IMG/VR virus record: IMGVR_UViG_3300025438_000010
Span: 11,624-75,623 of that record
Source: a virus
Direction: 5' to 3' (one strand)
Length of the DNA stretch: 64,000 nt
Each line of letters begins with the position of its first letter. The first letter of the stretch is position 1. The notes below the pieces were generated by a model. That model ran no database searches and was not told the DNA's origin. It was given only the letters and a program-made list of their open reading frames with translations. Shown piece by piece: positions 46,701-55,634 of the stretch. The translations under genes and the position numbers were made by a program.

Positions 46701-48522
46701 CTACATTCAAATTGTTGATAACTCCAAATCGAGTTATCAGGAGGAAGATATGATCCCCGACGGCATTTACATTGATGAAGTGGACCCCCTGGGTGCGTCT
46801 GCTCTTGTAGCTAGTGGCCTCATAGCCGGAGCAGTCCCTCTAGAGCCCCCCACAGAGTGGTTCAATGACCCACGGCTGCGGCAGGCTACCCCTCTTACAA
46901 TTGATGACGATGGAAGAGTTTTTGGGCACGTTGCCGCTTGGAATGTTGACCACATTGGAATGACGTCTGGGACTCGTCCTCCCCGTAGCCGCTCCAAGTA
47001 CGCTTATTTCCACACGGGAGCCCTCAGGACAGCCGAAGGAGCAAACGTCCCCGTGGGGCAGCTTACCCTGGCTGGTGGACATGCGGGTCTAGAAGCTTCG
47101 GCGCAGGAAGCTGTTCGTCATTATGATGACACCGCTTCCGCGTTTGCAGACGTTCACGCTGGCGAAGATTCTTTCGGCATCTGGGTCGCCGGCTCTTTGC
47201 GACCCGGCATTACCCCAGAACAGGTTCGTGCAGCCCGTGCGTCAGCTCCCTCTGGTGACTGGCGTCCGATTAACGGTCGCCTAGAGCTGGTAGCAGTGTG
47301 TCAAGTAAATGTCCCCGGATTTCCCATTGCGCGGGCTCGTGTTGCCTCCGGTCAGGTTATGGCTTTAGTCGCAGCAGGTGCGAACGTTCTTGCTCACATG
47401 AAGCACGACCCACTCGCAGAGTTGAATCAAAAAGTTGATGAGGTTCTCCGGCAACAAAATCAGCCCTACTTTGAAAAAGCAGAGGAGCTAAAATCTCGCT
47501 TTAGCTCACTGACTTCTGATATTTACACGGAAAAAGCATCTGAGCTTTCCGCCCGTGTGAGTAAGGCTAAGAAGGAAGACGAAGAAAGCTCTGACTACAT
47601 GATCCAGATGATGGATGATGATCCCGAATCAGAAATGGCCGTTGTCCCTCGTAGAGTCCGCCAGCGTCTTGCAAAAGAGGGTAAGGCAATGCCAGATGGC
47701 TCCTTCCCCATCCGCAACCCCCAGGACTTGAAAAATGCCATTCGCGCTTATGGCCGGGCAAAGCCAGGAAGTAAGGGTGCGGTTCGTAAGCACATTATGC
47801 GACGAGCTAAGGGCTTAAAGCTGACAGACCTGATTCCACCCAAATGGAGTACCGCGTATTCAGAGGACGGAGAAGAGCTGTCGCTAAGGCAGAGAGCCGA
47901 GGCCGCCGCCTCTTTTTTAAAAAGTGAGGCAGTTTTTGCACAAGCCGTAGAGCTGGACCCGGACGAAATCAATGTCATTAAGCAGCTTCCGGGGCGGGAT
48001 GAAGATGGCAGGATTAAGTACACACCTGAGACACAGCCTCGTGATGCCGAGGGGAAGTTTCGCAGGGTCTTGGCTCGTCTAAAGAATGATCTGGGCACTT
48101 CAGGTCTTCAAGATGTTGTCGAAAAGGTCGAAGAGGCAGAGGGTATGGCATTTGCCGGAAACTACGCTCAAGCCGCTGAGTCCGCCGCTGCTCTTATCGA
48201 TATTTTAGAGCGCCTAGACACTAACGCCCTTAATTCGGATGCGCTGGAGAATATTAAATCCAGTACTGCAGAGCTAGGCAAGGTAATTGCCAATCTTCCT
48301 CTTGCCTTCGGTGAAGATGCAGAGAAAATTCGCTTCAGTGATGTCCCTCCGGCGCTGCAAAGATTGATGGAAGAAATGATTGAGCGAGTCGAGGAAAAGA
48401 TTGGTCAAGAAGACGCCGACATCGCTACGCAGGGGCTGAAGTCCTTTATGTCCGGGTCAGACCTGTACAGCCAGTCAGAGATATCCAGCGAAATGTCTAC
48501 GCTTTTGAGGCTCCTCACCTAA
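43732..48522 (+). CDS. capsid maturation protease fusion protein (about 1600 aa)
   Basis: ETGDGRIF...LPLPLLW...GHDG...RGVSAD...VTIVPKPAF; second domain GGHA...GIWVAG...SGDWR...VNVPGFP; just upstream of major capsid gene. Confidence 0.85.
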   Translation: MIELLGHRGNRVLFDDDGYGVIIDAQENTVVEYGETDSLVASADWSSSTESGNYALAEELASAALTDLDINVLSANDRMYTIPAGVKEEAKRGLKWRKEESRGGTSVGLNTARTLAKGGQIGIKKVRHIAKYFPRHEVDKKGKGYKPKEDGYPSNGRIAWALWGGDSGKSWASRIVESEDKKNKKGVSAGGYDQSPRVDFSAFTEKTDFYVRIRLDGTGIDRLYRVLTDGMCQVWDDGCWDDMGDISFDFITYDKALDDPYDSCKKIHVPVDLKTAVAVSALFDSDPYRAVKIVEIEPEETTLFEKSMAELDWDVFDQLSDDQLEVDDYWDDGLTASGTATFAEEADSTPGVYTEEERSENASTQVRDRLGRFAEVGQRVVIGGNYNYQGNITALDGATKQISVELDNGTSVDVPGDSVQDVSTFEPIPVSSPTATPLDYTGILGEPRVPIDQPNAMLPGRLPPLTATDTNLLVNDWDSWVAGQRLAPEYSGDPLPPFVPKEVPDINTAMGRYYEGAFNPDGSTKPGWNPAVAQNVFNEPLLRDWLDERYANNSGEIGYHNRGWYTPPVTPRSTPVEQKKTRSEVYDPTNVAYWNDRFNPVNFSITAAADDKPLTPETSDVPVMYLAIVADDDPQAVMELVALVPASKTSNAPFAYKREPGKWVADNQIISDLRSATPPPVIVLDNEMLSEVTEQIDSIQASVKLPYFIAHTDNKIIRALVAAGGADRNRGNAEKLRRYWTVGKGGLKIRWNTPGDWTRCNRQLKKYMGPRAKGYCALRHKEMTGVWPGDKKNIGKKTKKALKASAELETLKSEDQIISEFTLRAKAESARSRVAGRHGVSPTLHGLEFVIPLVIPENVETGDGRIFKKGSITLRSLPLPLLWQIKTGDGHDGSVVVGQIIYMERTNEGIGNAYGVFDTGPFAKEAERLVRHGFIRGVSADMDKFETVDEILPEDEAGEKSDDDNAGKINIKSARVMAVTIVPKPAFQECYIQIVDNSKSSYQEEDMIPDGIYIDEVDPLGASALVASGLIAGAVPLEPPTEWFNDPRLRQATPLTIDDDGRVFGHVAAWNVDHIGMTSGTRPPRSRSKYAYFHTGALRTAEGANVPVGQLTLAGGHAGLEASAQEAVRHYDDTASAFADVHAGEDSFGIWVAGSLRPGITPEQVRAARASAPSGDWRPINGRLELVAVCQVNVPGFPIARARVASGQVMALVAAGANVLAHMKHDPLAELNQKVDEVLRQQNQPYFEKAEELKSRFSSLTSDIYTEKASELSARVSKAKKEDEESSDYMIQMMDDDPESEMAVVPRRVRQRLAKEGKAMPDGSFPIRNPQDLKNAIRAYGRAKPGSKGAVRKHIMRRAKGLKLTDLIPPKWSTAYSEDGEELSLRQRAEAAASFLKSEAVFAQAVELDPDEINVIKQLPGRDEDGRIKYTPETQPRDAEGKFRRVLARLKNDLGTSGLQDVVEKVEEAEGMAFAGNYAQAAESAAALIDILERLDTNALNSDALENIKSSTAELGKVIANLPLAFGEDAEKIRFSDVPPALQRLMEEMIERVEEKIGQEDADIATQGLKSFMSGSDLYSQSEISSEMSTLLRLLT

Positions 48523-48685
48523 GTGACCGAAAAGGGTTAAAAATCGTCCAATCACCTTTTTTAAACCCTAGTAACATTATTACTAGGTGGAGTGCCTCTA
48601 CACGCACTGCGGTTGGAAGTCCCTCGGCCTCGACTAACAAGCAATAGAACAACCCCGTTCTATCTGACTGCCCTAAGGAGGGACA

Positions 48686-50731
48686 GTGGACCAAATCAAA
48701 GAAATGCTGAATCAGCTTTCTGAGTTGGCCGACGATCAAGTCGGCGAACTTCAAAGCCAGATTGTCGGCGAATTTGAAGCGGTCGAGAAAGAAGACCCTT
48801 CTCCGCAGACAGTTGACGCTATGACGTCTCTTGCCGATATGCTCGACTCGGTTCGCACCGAGATGAAGCAGCGCGAGGCCGCAGCCCAGGAGCTTGCCCA
48901 GCGAGCCGCCGAGGCCGCTTCTCGTGTATATGGCGAAGGCGACTCAGCCGAAGAAGAAATGATGGCCGACTCAGAGACCCCGATGGAAGAGGGTACTGAA
49001 GAGGCTGGCATGGACCCTGAGGCTGAAGAAATGGATAAAGAAATGGCTATGGAAAAAGAAGGAATCGTGGACACCGAGGACGGCCCTATGGAGGTCGAAA
49101 TTGAGCCCGCAGATTCTGACGACATTGCTGAGGCTGAAGGCGAAATGCCTGATGACGAAGAAGAAAAAGCCATGATGTCCGAAGCGTCAATTGACGAAGA
49201 GAAGACTACCGAACTCTCGACCGAAGAAACAACTACTTCTGAAGCACCTGCTGAAGAAGCACCTGAGGATGAAGAGACCGACTCTTCTGAATCTGACGAA
49301 TCAGCCGATGAAGATGCTGAAGGAACCGACGAAGCCGAGGCTTCCGTTGAGTCCGATGCAACTACAGAAGCTTCCGTCGAAACTCAAGAAACCCCAACTG
49401 AGCTTTCCGCTCAAGAAACTATGGAGGCACCCGTGACCGCCGCTGCACAAAACGCAGAAAACCTCGAGATTGAGGTACCAGCGGACCGCCGCCCTGTTGC
49501 TCAGGTATCAGCAGCTCCCGTGGCTATCACGGCAGGTGCTGACATCCCAGGCTACACAGCTGGTAGTACGCTAGAAAGCATGGACACCGTCGCAGAGGCG
49601 ATGTCCAAACGAATTCACTCGCTTCGCCGCGTGAATGGTGGAGATGGAGAGCAGCACATTGTTGCTTCTGTTACCACCTCCTTCCCCGAAGAGCGTACGC
49701 TCTCAACCGATGCAGAAGCGAACTGGAACAAAATTCAGGACGTCGTTGGCCCCGAGGCCCTCGTCGCTGCTGGTGGACACCAGGCTCCCTTTGAAGTTCG
49801 TTATGACATCTTTGGATTCGGTTCAACAAACCGTCCCGTCCGAGAGGCCCTTCCGAGCTTTCAAGCAGATCGTGGTGGAATTCGCTTCATTACTCCGCCA
49901 ATTCTCTCTGACTACCCCGACGCAATAGGCGTGTGGACAGCTGCTAATGACGCAGCTGAAACCCCCAGCCCTAGCACCAAGAACAGTCTGACTGTTGCTG
50001 CCGCTCAGGAGAACACCGTTGCTACTGACGCTGTGACCCTTCAGCTGCAGTTCGGCAACCTGGCAACTCGCGCGTACCCTGAACTGATTGCTCGTCACAA
50101 CGAGCTCGGTCTTGTTCAGCACGCACGCGAGGCAGAGCAGAACCTGCTCAGCAAGATTGCTGCTGGTTCGACAGCCGTAACCTCCACCAGCCTCATTGGT
50201 GTTGGTCGCGACTTCCTCGTCCAGCTTGGTCGCGCTGCTACAGGCTACCGTGCCCGGCACCGTCTTGAGCCAGATGCTCCATTGCGCATTATCCTCCCCG
50301 TGTGGGTTAAGGATGCAATGGTAGCTGACCTGGCTCTGTCGATGCCTGGTGACAGCCTGCTCAACGCATACAGCGAGATTGACGGCCTGATGGCCTCTCG
50401 TGGCATCAACGCTAGCTACACCCTGGACAGTGGCATGGCCACCGCTCAAGGCGCTAACGCGCTGAACGAGTTCGCTGATACCTTCGTTTGGTACATCTTC
50501 GCTGAAGGAACATTCTTGTTCCTTGATGGCGGAACACTGGACCTGGGTATCATCCGAGACAGCTCGCTCGCTGGAACCAACGACTACAAGATGTTCGTTG
50601 AAACCTTCGAAGGTGTTGCAAAGGTCGGTGTCGAGAGCCTTGCGGTTACTTCCACTATCCAGGTGAATGGTGCGGCTGCTGCCCTCCGTGACACCCTTGG
50701 TGGGGTTGCCTCAGCGGTAATCGAGTACTAA
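48686..50731 (+). CDS. major capsid protein with N-terminal acidic scaffold region
   Basis: Coiled/acidic N-terminal part, ALVAAGG..AP, RGGIRF, GTLDLGIIRDS...NDY..FVETFE. Confidence 0.9.
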   Translation: MDQIKEMLNQLSELADDQVGELQSQIVGEFEAVEKEDPSPQTVDAMTSLADMLDSVRTEMKQREAAAQELAQRAAEAASRVYGEGDSAEEEMMADSETPMEEGTEEAGMDPEAEEMDKEMAMEKEGIVDTEDGPMEVEIEPADSDDIAEAEGEMPDDEEEKAMMSEASIDEEKTTELSTEETTTSEAPAEEAPEDEETDSSESDESADEDAEGTDEAEASVESDATTEASVETQETPTELSAQETMEAPVTAAAQNAENLEIEVPADRRPVAQVSAAPVAITAGADIPGYTAGSTLESMDTVAEAMSKRIHSLRRVNGGDGEQHIVASVTTSFPEERTLSTDAEANWNKIQDVVGPEALVAAGGHQAPFEVRYDIFGFGSTNRPVREALPSFQADRGGIRFITPPILSDYPDAIGVWTAANDAAETPSPSTKNSLTVAAAQENTVATDAVTLQLQFGNLATRAYPELIARHNELGLVQHAREAEQNLLSKIAAGSTAVTSTSLIGVGRDFLVQLGRAATGYRARHRLEPDAPLRIILPVWVKDAMVADLALSMPGDSLLNAYSEIDGLMASRGINASYTLDSGMATAQGANALNEFADTFVWYIFAEGTFLFLDGGTLDLGIIRDSSLAGTNDYKMFVETFEGVAKVGVESLAVTSTIQVNGAAAALRDTLGGVASAVIEY

Positions 50732-50778
50732 TCCCCTAATCATCTACACGAGCAACGCTTACAGTCTAAGGAGTAAAA

Positions 50779-51666
50779 ATGGCAACATTTCAAGGAGTAT
50801 TTGAAGCTCACAAGCTTACTCCCGCTCCCGCCGGACTGCTAAGCGTTGCTCGTGTGATGACACACACCGCTCGTGCCTATGACGAGCGCTGGGTTAGAGA
50901 GTTCTCTCAGGAGTATGACTCACTTCCCACATCAGTTCAACTATTAACAGTTAATGATGCGACCGTCGCAGACGGTGTTATTTCGACTGATTCTGGATCT
51001 AGTTACCTAGACTATGTTCCTTTTTACATTGATGTTGAGGATTTCGCCTCAACTTTTGGTCTTCTCGGAGAAGATCGGTTTAAGCGTGTTATCACAGAAC
51101 TTGAGTCAGTTACTCAAAAGGTGATAGAGCGTGAGTTCTGGGAGGGTAAAGCCGCTCAGGCAGAGACTACTGCCAATTCAAACATGTATTTGACCAAGTC
51201 TGGCTTAGCCACTATTCCCGTTGCGGGGGCCTTTAAGCCCGAAAACGCTTTGATGCACCTGGAACAGGCTATCTCTTCCTCCCCCGTAGGTGAGACCGGT
51301 GTTATTCACGTGACGCGCGACGTCGCCTCCATCCTGGGATCCCGGTTGGTTTACCTTAAAGCAAAAGACGACAACCCCGCTCAGGTGATGACTCGCCTTG
51401 GAACCCCCGTAGTCATCGGCTCGGGGTACACAGGGAAGGGCCCCATCGGGGACACAAACGCAGCGGCTTCGGCCACAAACAAATGGATTTTTGCCACAGG
51501 GAGCGTAGACGTTCACCTAGGCAAGATAGAGGTTGTAAACGACACCTTGGCTCAAGGTGCCGATGTTACAATTAATAATATGAGAATCAAAGCGTATCGC
51601 CCAGCGGCGGTGCTCTCTGACCCAGCAATGCATTTTGCAATGCGAGTGACACTTCCCAGCGATTAA
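50779..51666 (+). CDS. minor capsid/decoration protein
   Basis: Follows capsid gene; GVIH...TRLGTPVVIGSGY...WIFATG. Confidence 0.6.
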   Translation: MATFQGVFEAHKLTPAPAGLLSVARVMTHTARAYDERWVREFSQEYDSLPTSVQLLTVNDATVADGVISTDSGSSYLDYVPFYIDVEDFASTFGLLGEDRFKRVITELESVTQKVIEREFWEGKAAQAETTANSNMYLTKSGLATIPVAGAFKPENALMHLEQAISSSPVGETGVIHVTRDVASILGSRLVYLKAKDDNPAQVMTRLGTPVVIGSGYTGKGPIGDTNAAASATNKWIFATGSVDVHLGKIEVVNDTLAQGADVTINNMRIKAYRPAAVLSDPAMHFAMRVTLPSD

Positions 51667-51700
51667 CCCACAAACAAGAAAGAAATAGGAGCACACTGGT

Positions 51701-52750
51701 ATGGCTACACAGGACTACGCGGCCAGCGTCCAAGGTGTGGCGATCCGAGTCACTCGACTGGACGCCGCAGGCAATCTGCTTAATGGACCCGGAGATTCCT
51801 ACGCCACTTCGGCGTTTCTCCGAGCATCATTTACACCCGAATACGAAGAAGGCGACGAAATCACCGAGAAGGCTGCTGACGGCACAATTTGTGTTTCGTA
51901 CAAAGCACCTGACACCCTCAAGCGAATCACCATGGAAATTGCGATCTGTGAGCCCGACCCCGAGCTTACAGCGTTGATGTCCGGTGGATTGCTTCTTCGC
52001 AAGAACTACGGAAGCTTTGCTTCACCTGACAACAAGAGCATTGGTTGGGCCGCACCTGGTGTGGGCGACGACCCCGCTGGAAACGGTGTTTCCATCGAGG
52101 TTTGGTCCTTTGCTATTAAAGACGGCAAGCGTGACGCTGCTCTTCCCTACTTCTACTGGGTTTTCCCCTACGCCAAGTTGCGTCAGAGTGGTGACCGCGT
52201 TATCGAGAACGGCCTTCTCGCTAACACTTTTGAAGGACACGGACTGGGTAATGCGCTCTTCTCGACAGGTCTTGACGACCGCTGGGAGTTCCCCATCGCC
52301 ACAGAGCGTCCCTACAGCTACGCACGTGGCACATGGGCACCTGAAGGCCTTAAGGGCTTCTACCGTTGGTTTGGTCTTAGCGCAAACACAGCTACGAACA
52401 AGTCCATCACCTCTGAGGTTGGGACCATCACAACTGGTACCGCCCACGGCTTTGAGGTTGGGCAGTCAGTAACCATTGCTGGCGTTGATTCTAGCTTCAA
52501 TGGTACCCACCTTATTACGGCAGCTCCGACTACCACAACCTTTAGGGTTTTGCTGACAGGTGCTTCAGATGTTGCAAGCACCCCGGTATCTCCCGCTGGT
52601 GAGGTTGTCCGCAATCGTGGCTACCTCGCAGTAACTGACTTTGCCAGCCAGGGCTCTACTTCAGAGTACAACGTACCTGGTGGTGAGGACTTCAACCCAG
52701 ACCTCCCGATCGACTTCATTATCGCATCGAGCGAGGACCCCACCCCTTAA
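51701..52750 (+). CDS. major tail tube protein with inserted beta-repeat domain
   Basis: IRVTRLDAAG, EYEEGDEITEKAADGTIC, SIEVWS, YFYWVFP. Confidence 0.85.
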   Translation: MATQDYAASVQGVAIRVTRLDAAGNLLNGPGDSYATSAFLRASFTPEYEEGDEITEKAADGTICVSYKAPDTLKRITMEIAICEPDPELTALMSGGLLLRKNYGSFASPDNKSIGWAAPGVGDDPAGNGVSIEVWSFAIKDGKRDAALPYFYWVFPYAKLRQSGDRVIENGLLANTFEGHGLGNALFSTGLDDRWEFPIATERPYSYARGTWAPEGLKGFYRWFGLSANTATNKSITSEVGTITTGTAHGFEVGQSVTIAGVDSSFNGTHLITAAPTTTTFRVLLTGASDVASTPVSPAGEVVRNRGYLAVTDFASQGSTSEYNVPGGEDFNPDLPIDFIIASSEDPTP

Positions 52751-52762
52751 GAGATTAGTCAG

Positions 52763-52804
52763 AGCGGGCAGTTAGCGATGGGAGTCCCGTCGGCTGCCCG
52801 CTTT
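52763..52804 (+). terminator. hairpin after tail tube gene
   Basis: AGCGGGCAGT...GCTGCCCGCTTT. Confidence 0.55.
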
Positions 52805-52821
52805 ACTAATAAGGAGACAAA

Positions 52822-53961
52822 ATGAGCAACCTCTGGGTAGATGTCGAAGAGCTAGGACAATACGCTAATTCAGACTATGCTTATGAAGCAGTTAAAAATG
52901 CTTCGTATCTCTTGTGGGGAATGTCCGGAAGAAAGTTTTCCGGAGTTACCACTGTAACCGAAAGATATGTCTCAGCCTATGACCCGTATCTTAGGTCCGG
53001 AGGCTCGAGATTTAATTTTTATCCTATTCTTATCGGGGGTCAAGTCGAGAATATTCCTGTTGGTTCTGTCGACCGAAACTCTCACCACGACTTTAATGGC
53101 GACGGGACATCTTCTTATTCAAGACTTAGGCTGAGAGGCCGTAAGGTTGTTAAGATACACAATCTTAGGGATCAAAAAGGGGAGATAATTGATTCCAGCA
53201 CCTACTATCTTTCAGACCACTCCACTATTTATGGGACTCCTAATGCCAAGTGGAGCCCTTCAAACGTAGAGGTCACCTACACTTACGGGTCACCTCCCCC
53301 GCAGGCGGGTAAGACAGCGGCAAGACTTCTGGCGACCGAGTTGGTTAAACTTTATGAGGGTGACGACACATGTGCGCTTCCTCAAAGAGTTTCTACTGCC
53401 TCACGGCAGGGTGTTAGCTACACCATCCTAGACAACCAATCCTTTATTGATGAGCTTAAAACGGGCGTCTACGCTGTAGACCTTTTTCTTAAGACCGCTA
53501 ATCCTGATAAGGCCAGGGCTCGTTCTAGAGTGTTTTCTCCTGATGTCCCGAGGGCTCGTAGAATAACCGGGGAGTCTCCCGCTTTTGAGCTTAGTGCGTA
53601 TGACCTTTATTTCAACGCAGAGGGCGGAAGCAACATTTACTACCTTAACGAGTTCGGAGGAGACTTCCTCACTGACGACAGCTCGTGGACAACGTACGCT
53701 GTGGTTTCAAACAACAAAAACACAATTAACGAAACTTTGAGTAGCTCTGCTACCCTCGACCCAATTGAGGGAACTATTCGACTTAGTGCCAGTTACTCCG
53801 AACTTCTTGCTATACTTGGCCCAAGAGATCCGGGAACTCTGGACCTCTATGCCAGCAGACCAAGCCTAGGAAACCCTGAGGTAGATGAGGTTATTAATTT
53901 GCTAACCTCTAATGTAATCTATCAACTGGGTGATCGAGCTAGGCCTATTTTAATACCCTAA
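52822..53961 (+). CDS. head-to-tail adaptor
   Basis: LLWGMSGRKF, VTYTYG.PPP, CALPQRVST.SRQGVS, TGVYAVDLFL...NP. Confidence 0.75.
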   Translation: MSNLWVDVEELGQYANSDYAYEAVKNASYLLWGMSGRKFSGVTTVTERYVSAYDPYLRSGGSRFNFYPILIGGQVENIPVGSVDRNSHHDFNGDGTSSYSRLRLRGRKVVKIHNLRDQKGEIIDSSTYYLSDHSTIYGTPNAKWSPSNVEVTYTYGSPPPQAGKTAARLLATELVKLYEGDDTCALPQRVSTASRQGVSYTILDNQSFIDELKTGVYAVDLFLKTANPDKARARSRVFSPDVPRARRITGESPAFELSAYDLYFNAEGGSNIYYLNEFGGDFLTDDSSWTTYAVVSNNKNTINETLSSSATLDPIEGTIRLSASYSELLAILGPRDPGTLDLYASRPSLGNPEVDEVINLLTSNVIYQLGDRARPILIP

Positions 53962-53969
53962 GGACACCT

Positions 53970-54473
53970 ATGCCAGTCAACGTCACTGATGTATCAGATG
54001 ATGCAAAAAATATTGACACTTTTATGAACGAAGTTCTTACTCGTCTAGAAGCCGTCTATGAAAGTTTTAGTATGCCTCTACCGACAAGACGGTACTACAC
54101 CTTTGGATCCCCTGTAGTTGACTGTGAGCAAGCAGTTGTTTCTCTAGCTCAGATTTATCTAGGAGCGCCAGGAGACGAGGTCTCGGAGCCCCGTCGTTGC
54201 AATGACCCGAGGACAGCTACTTTAAATATCTCTATTTCCAGGGAAGTACCCATTGCTCAGCCAAACGGGAATCCTCCAACCCCGGAAGCAATGACGGCGG
54301 CCAACAGGGTTGCTGCATATGACTCTTGGGTTCTTATGGAGAGTATTAATGAGCTTGATGCCTGGGCCAGCCCCGGGGGTTTTGGCCTGGGGGTAATTGC
54401 AACTTTAGACTACGAACCACCTCAGGGCGGTTTTCATACTACAGTTTTGACTCTTACAATGGCTGTCCCATAA
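53970..54473 (+). CDS. tail completion/terminator protein
   Basis: Position; VVDCEQ and PQGG motifs. Confidence 0.55.
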   Translation: MPVNVTDVSDDAKNIDTFMNEVLTRLEAVYESFSMPLPTRRYYTFGSPVVDCEQAVVSLAQIYLGAPGDEVSEPRRCNDPRTATLNISISREVPIAQPNGNPPTPEAMTAANRVAAYDSWVLMESINELDAWASPGGFGLGVIATLDYEPPQGGFHTTVLTLTMAVP

Positions 54474-54865
54474 TGTTGAATGATATTAGATGGAGAGAGA
54501 CAAGCGTGGAGAGAGTTCTAAACTCTGAGGGTGGCTTAGTCGGGAGACACTTGTCCGCGCAGGGGAGGGAAATAGTTTCCCTGGCTAAGGCTCAGGCGGG
54601 TAAAAAAACCGGCGCGTTACGGGCCTCTATTCACGCTACAAAAAGGGGGCGCAATCTTGGAGGGCAGTATGTCCAAGTAGGCTCTTACCTTCCTTATGCT
54701 CTCATGCACCACCAGGGCACCCGTCCTCGAGTCATTGTTCCTCGAAAAAGAAGAGTTTTAAGATTTTATGTTAAAGGTACTCTTGTTTTTACCAAAATAG
54801 TTCTGCACCCGGGGACACGGCCGAATCGTTACCTCACTGACTCCATGCGTAAGGTGATAAACTAG
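54473..54865 (+). CDS. HK97 gp10-like neck protein
   Basis: KTGALRASI...YALMHHQGT...HPGTRPNRYL. Confidence 0.75.
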   Translation: MLNDIRWRETSVERVLNSEGGLVGRHLSAQGREIVSLAKAQAGKKTGALRASIHATKRGRNLGGQYVQVGSYLPYALMHHQGTRPRVIVPRKRRVLRFYVKGTLVFTKIVLHPGTRPNRYLTDSMRKVIN

Positions 54866-54902
54866 AATCTCCAACGACACAGAATAAAAGGAAAAATAGA
54901 CA

Positions 54903-55241
54903 ATGGCAACAAAATTTAAAGACTTTGGGTCTACAAAAACTGAAGAGTTTGACGAAATTAAATTTAAACTGTACGGAGAAGAATTTAATTGCTTCAGAGC
55001 AATTCAAGGAAAAGTTCTCCTTGAAGTTGCAGGAAGTTTTGATGACAACCGCGCGTCTAACGCAAACGACGTCATCGAAAAGTTTTTTAAAGCTGTTCTA
55101 GAACCAGAAAGCTATGAAAGATTTGACGCTCTTATCCATGATCCAGATAAAATTGTTCCCGTCGAAGACCTCGGCGAAATTACAGGTTGGTTGGTAGAAC
55201 AGTACAGCGCCCGCCCTACTCAGGAGTCTTCGGGCTCCTAG
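54903..55241 (+). CDS. tail assembly chaperone (G-like)
   Basis: Two ORFs before tape measure; ends ...EQYSARPTQESSGS. Confidence 0.75.
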   Translation: MATKFKDFGSTKTEEFDEIKFKLYGEEFNCFRAIQGKVLLEVAGSFDDNRASNANDVIEKFFKAVLEPESYERFDALIHDPDKIVPVEDLGEITGWLVEQYSARPTQESSGS

Positions 55242-55621
55242 ACTGGGCGGCTGATAACTGGCCTTATGTGAACGGAAAAGTTATACTTTCCGGGATTATG
55301 CTACTAGAGCTGGACGCTTCAGACATGCTTGATGTAATTCACTACCTTTTTGAGGAAGACTTAAGAGTTTCTTCAGCTGAAGAGTCAGAAGCTGTTTCTA
55401 AAATACGAGAAACCATGTACCCACTGCTCTACGGAAGACCGTACAAATCCGTATTCACCAGCTCAGATACAAAGTATAATATGAGTACGGCTAGCAGTGG
55501 TCCTACTCCGGCAAATAGTACTCCTCCTGGCTCAGAAAGAAAGCCCTACATTCCGCCAACTCAATTTGACCCAGATAGTGTAGTTCCTTTTGGCGAAAAA
55601 CTAGACTCCCCTTTGAAATAG
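55217..55621 (+). CDS. tail assembly chaperone extension (T-like, -1 frame)
   Basis: Overlaps the G ORF in the -1 frame, no strong start of its own. Confidence 0.6.
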   Translation, partial: YSGVFGLLDWAADNWPYVNGKVILSGIMLLELDASDMLDVIHYLFEEDLRVSSAEESEAVSKIRETMYPLLYGRPYKSVFTSSDTKYNMSTASSGPTPANSTPPGSERKPYIPPTQFDPDSVVPFGEKLDSPLK

Positions 55622-55634
55622 CGACAGGTAAACC

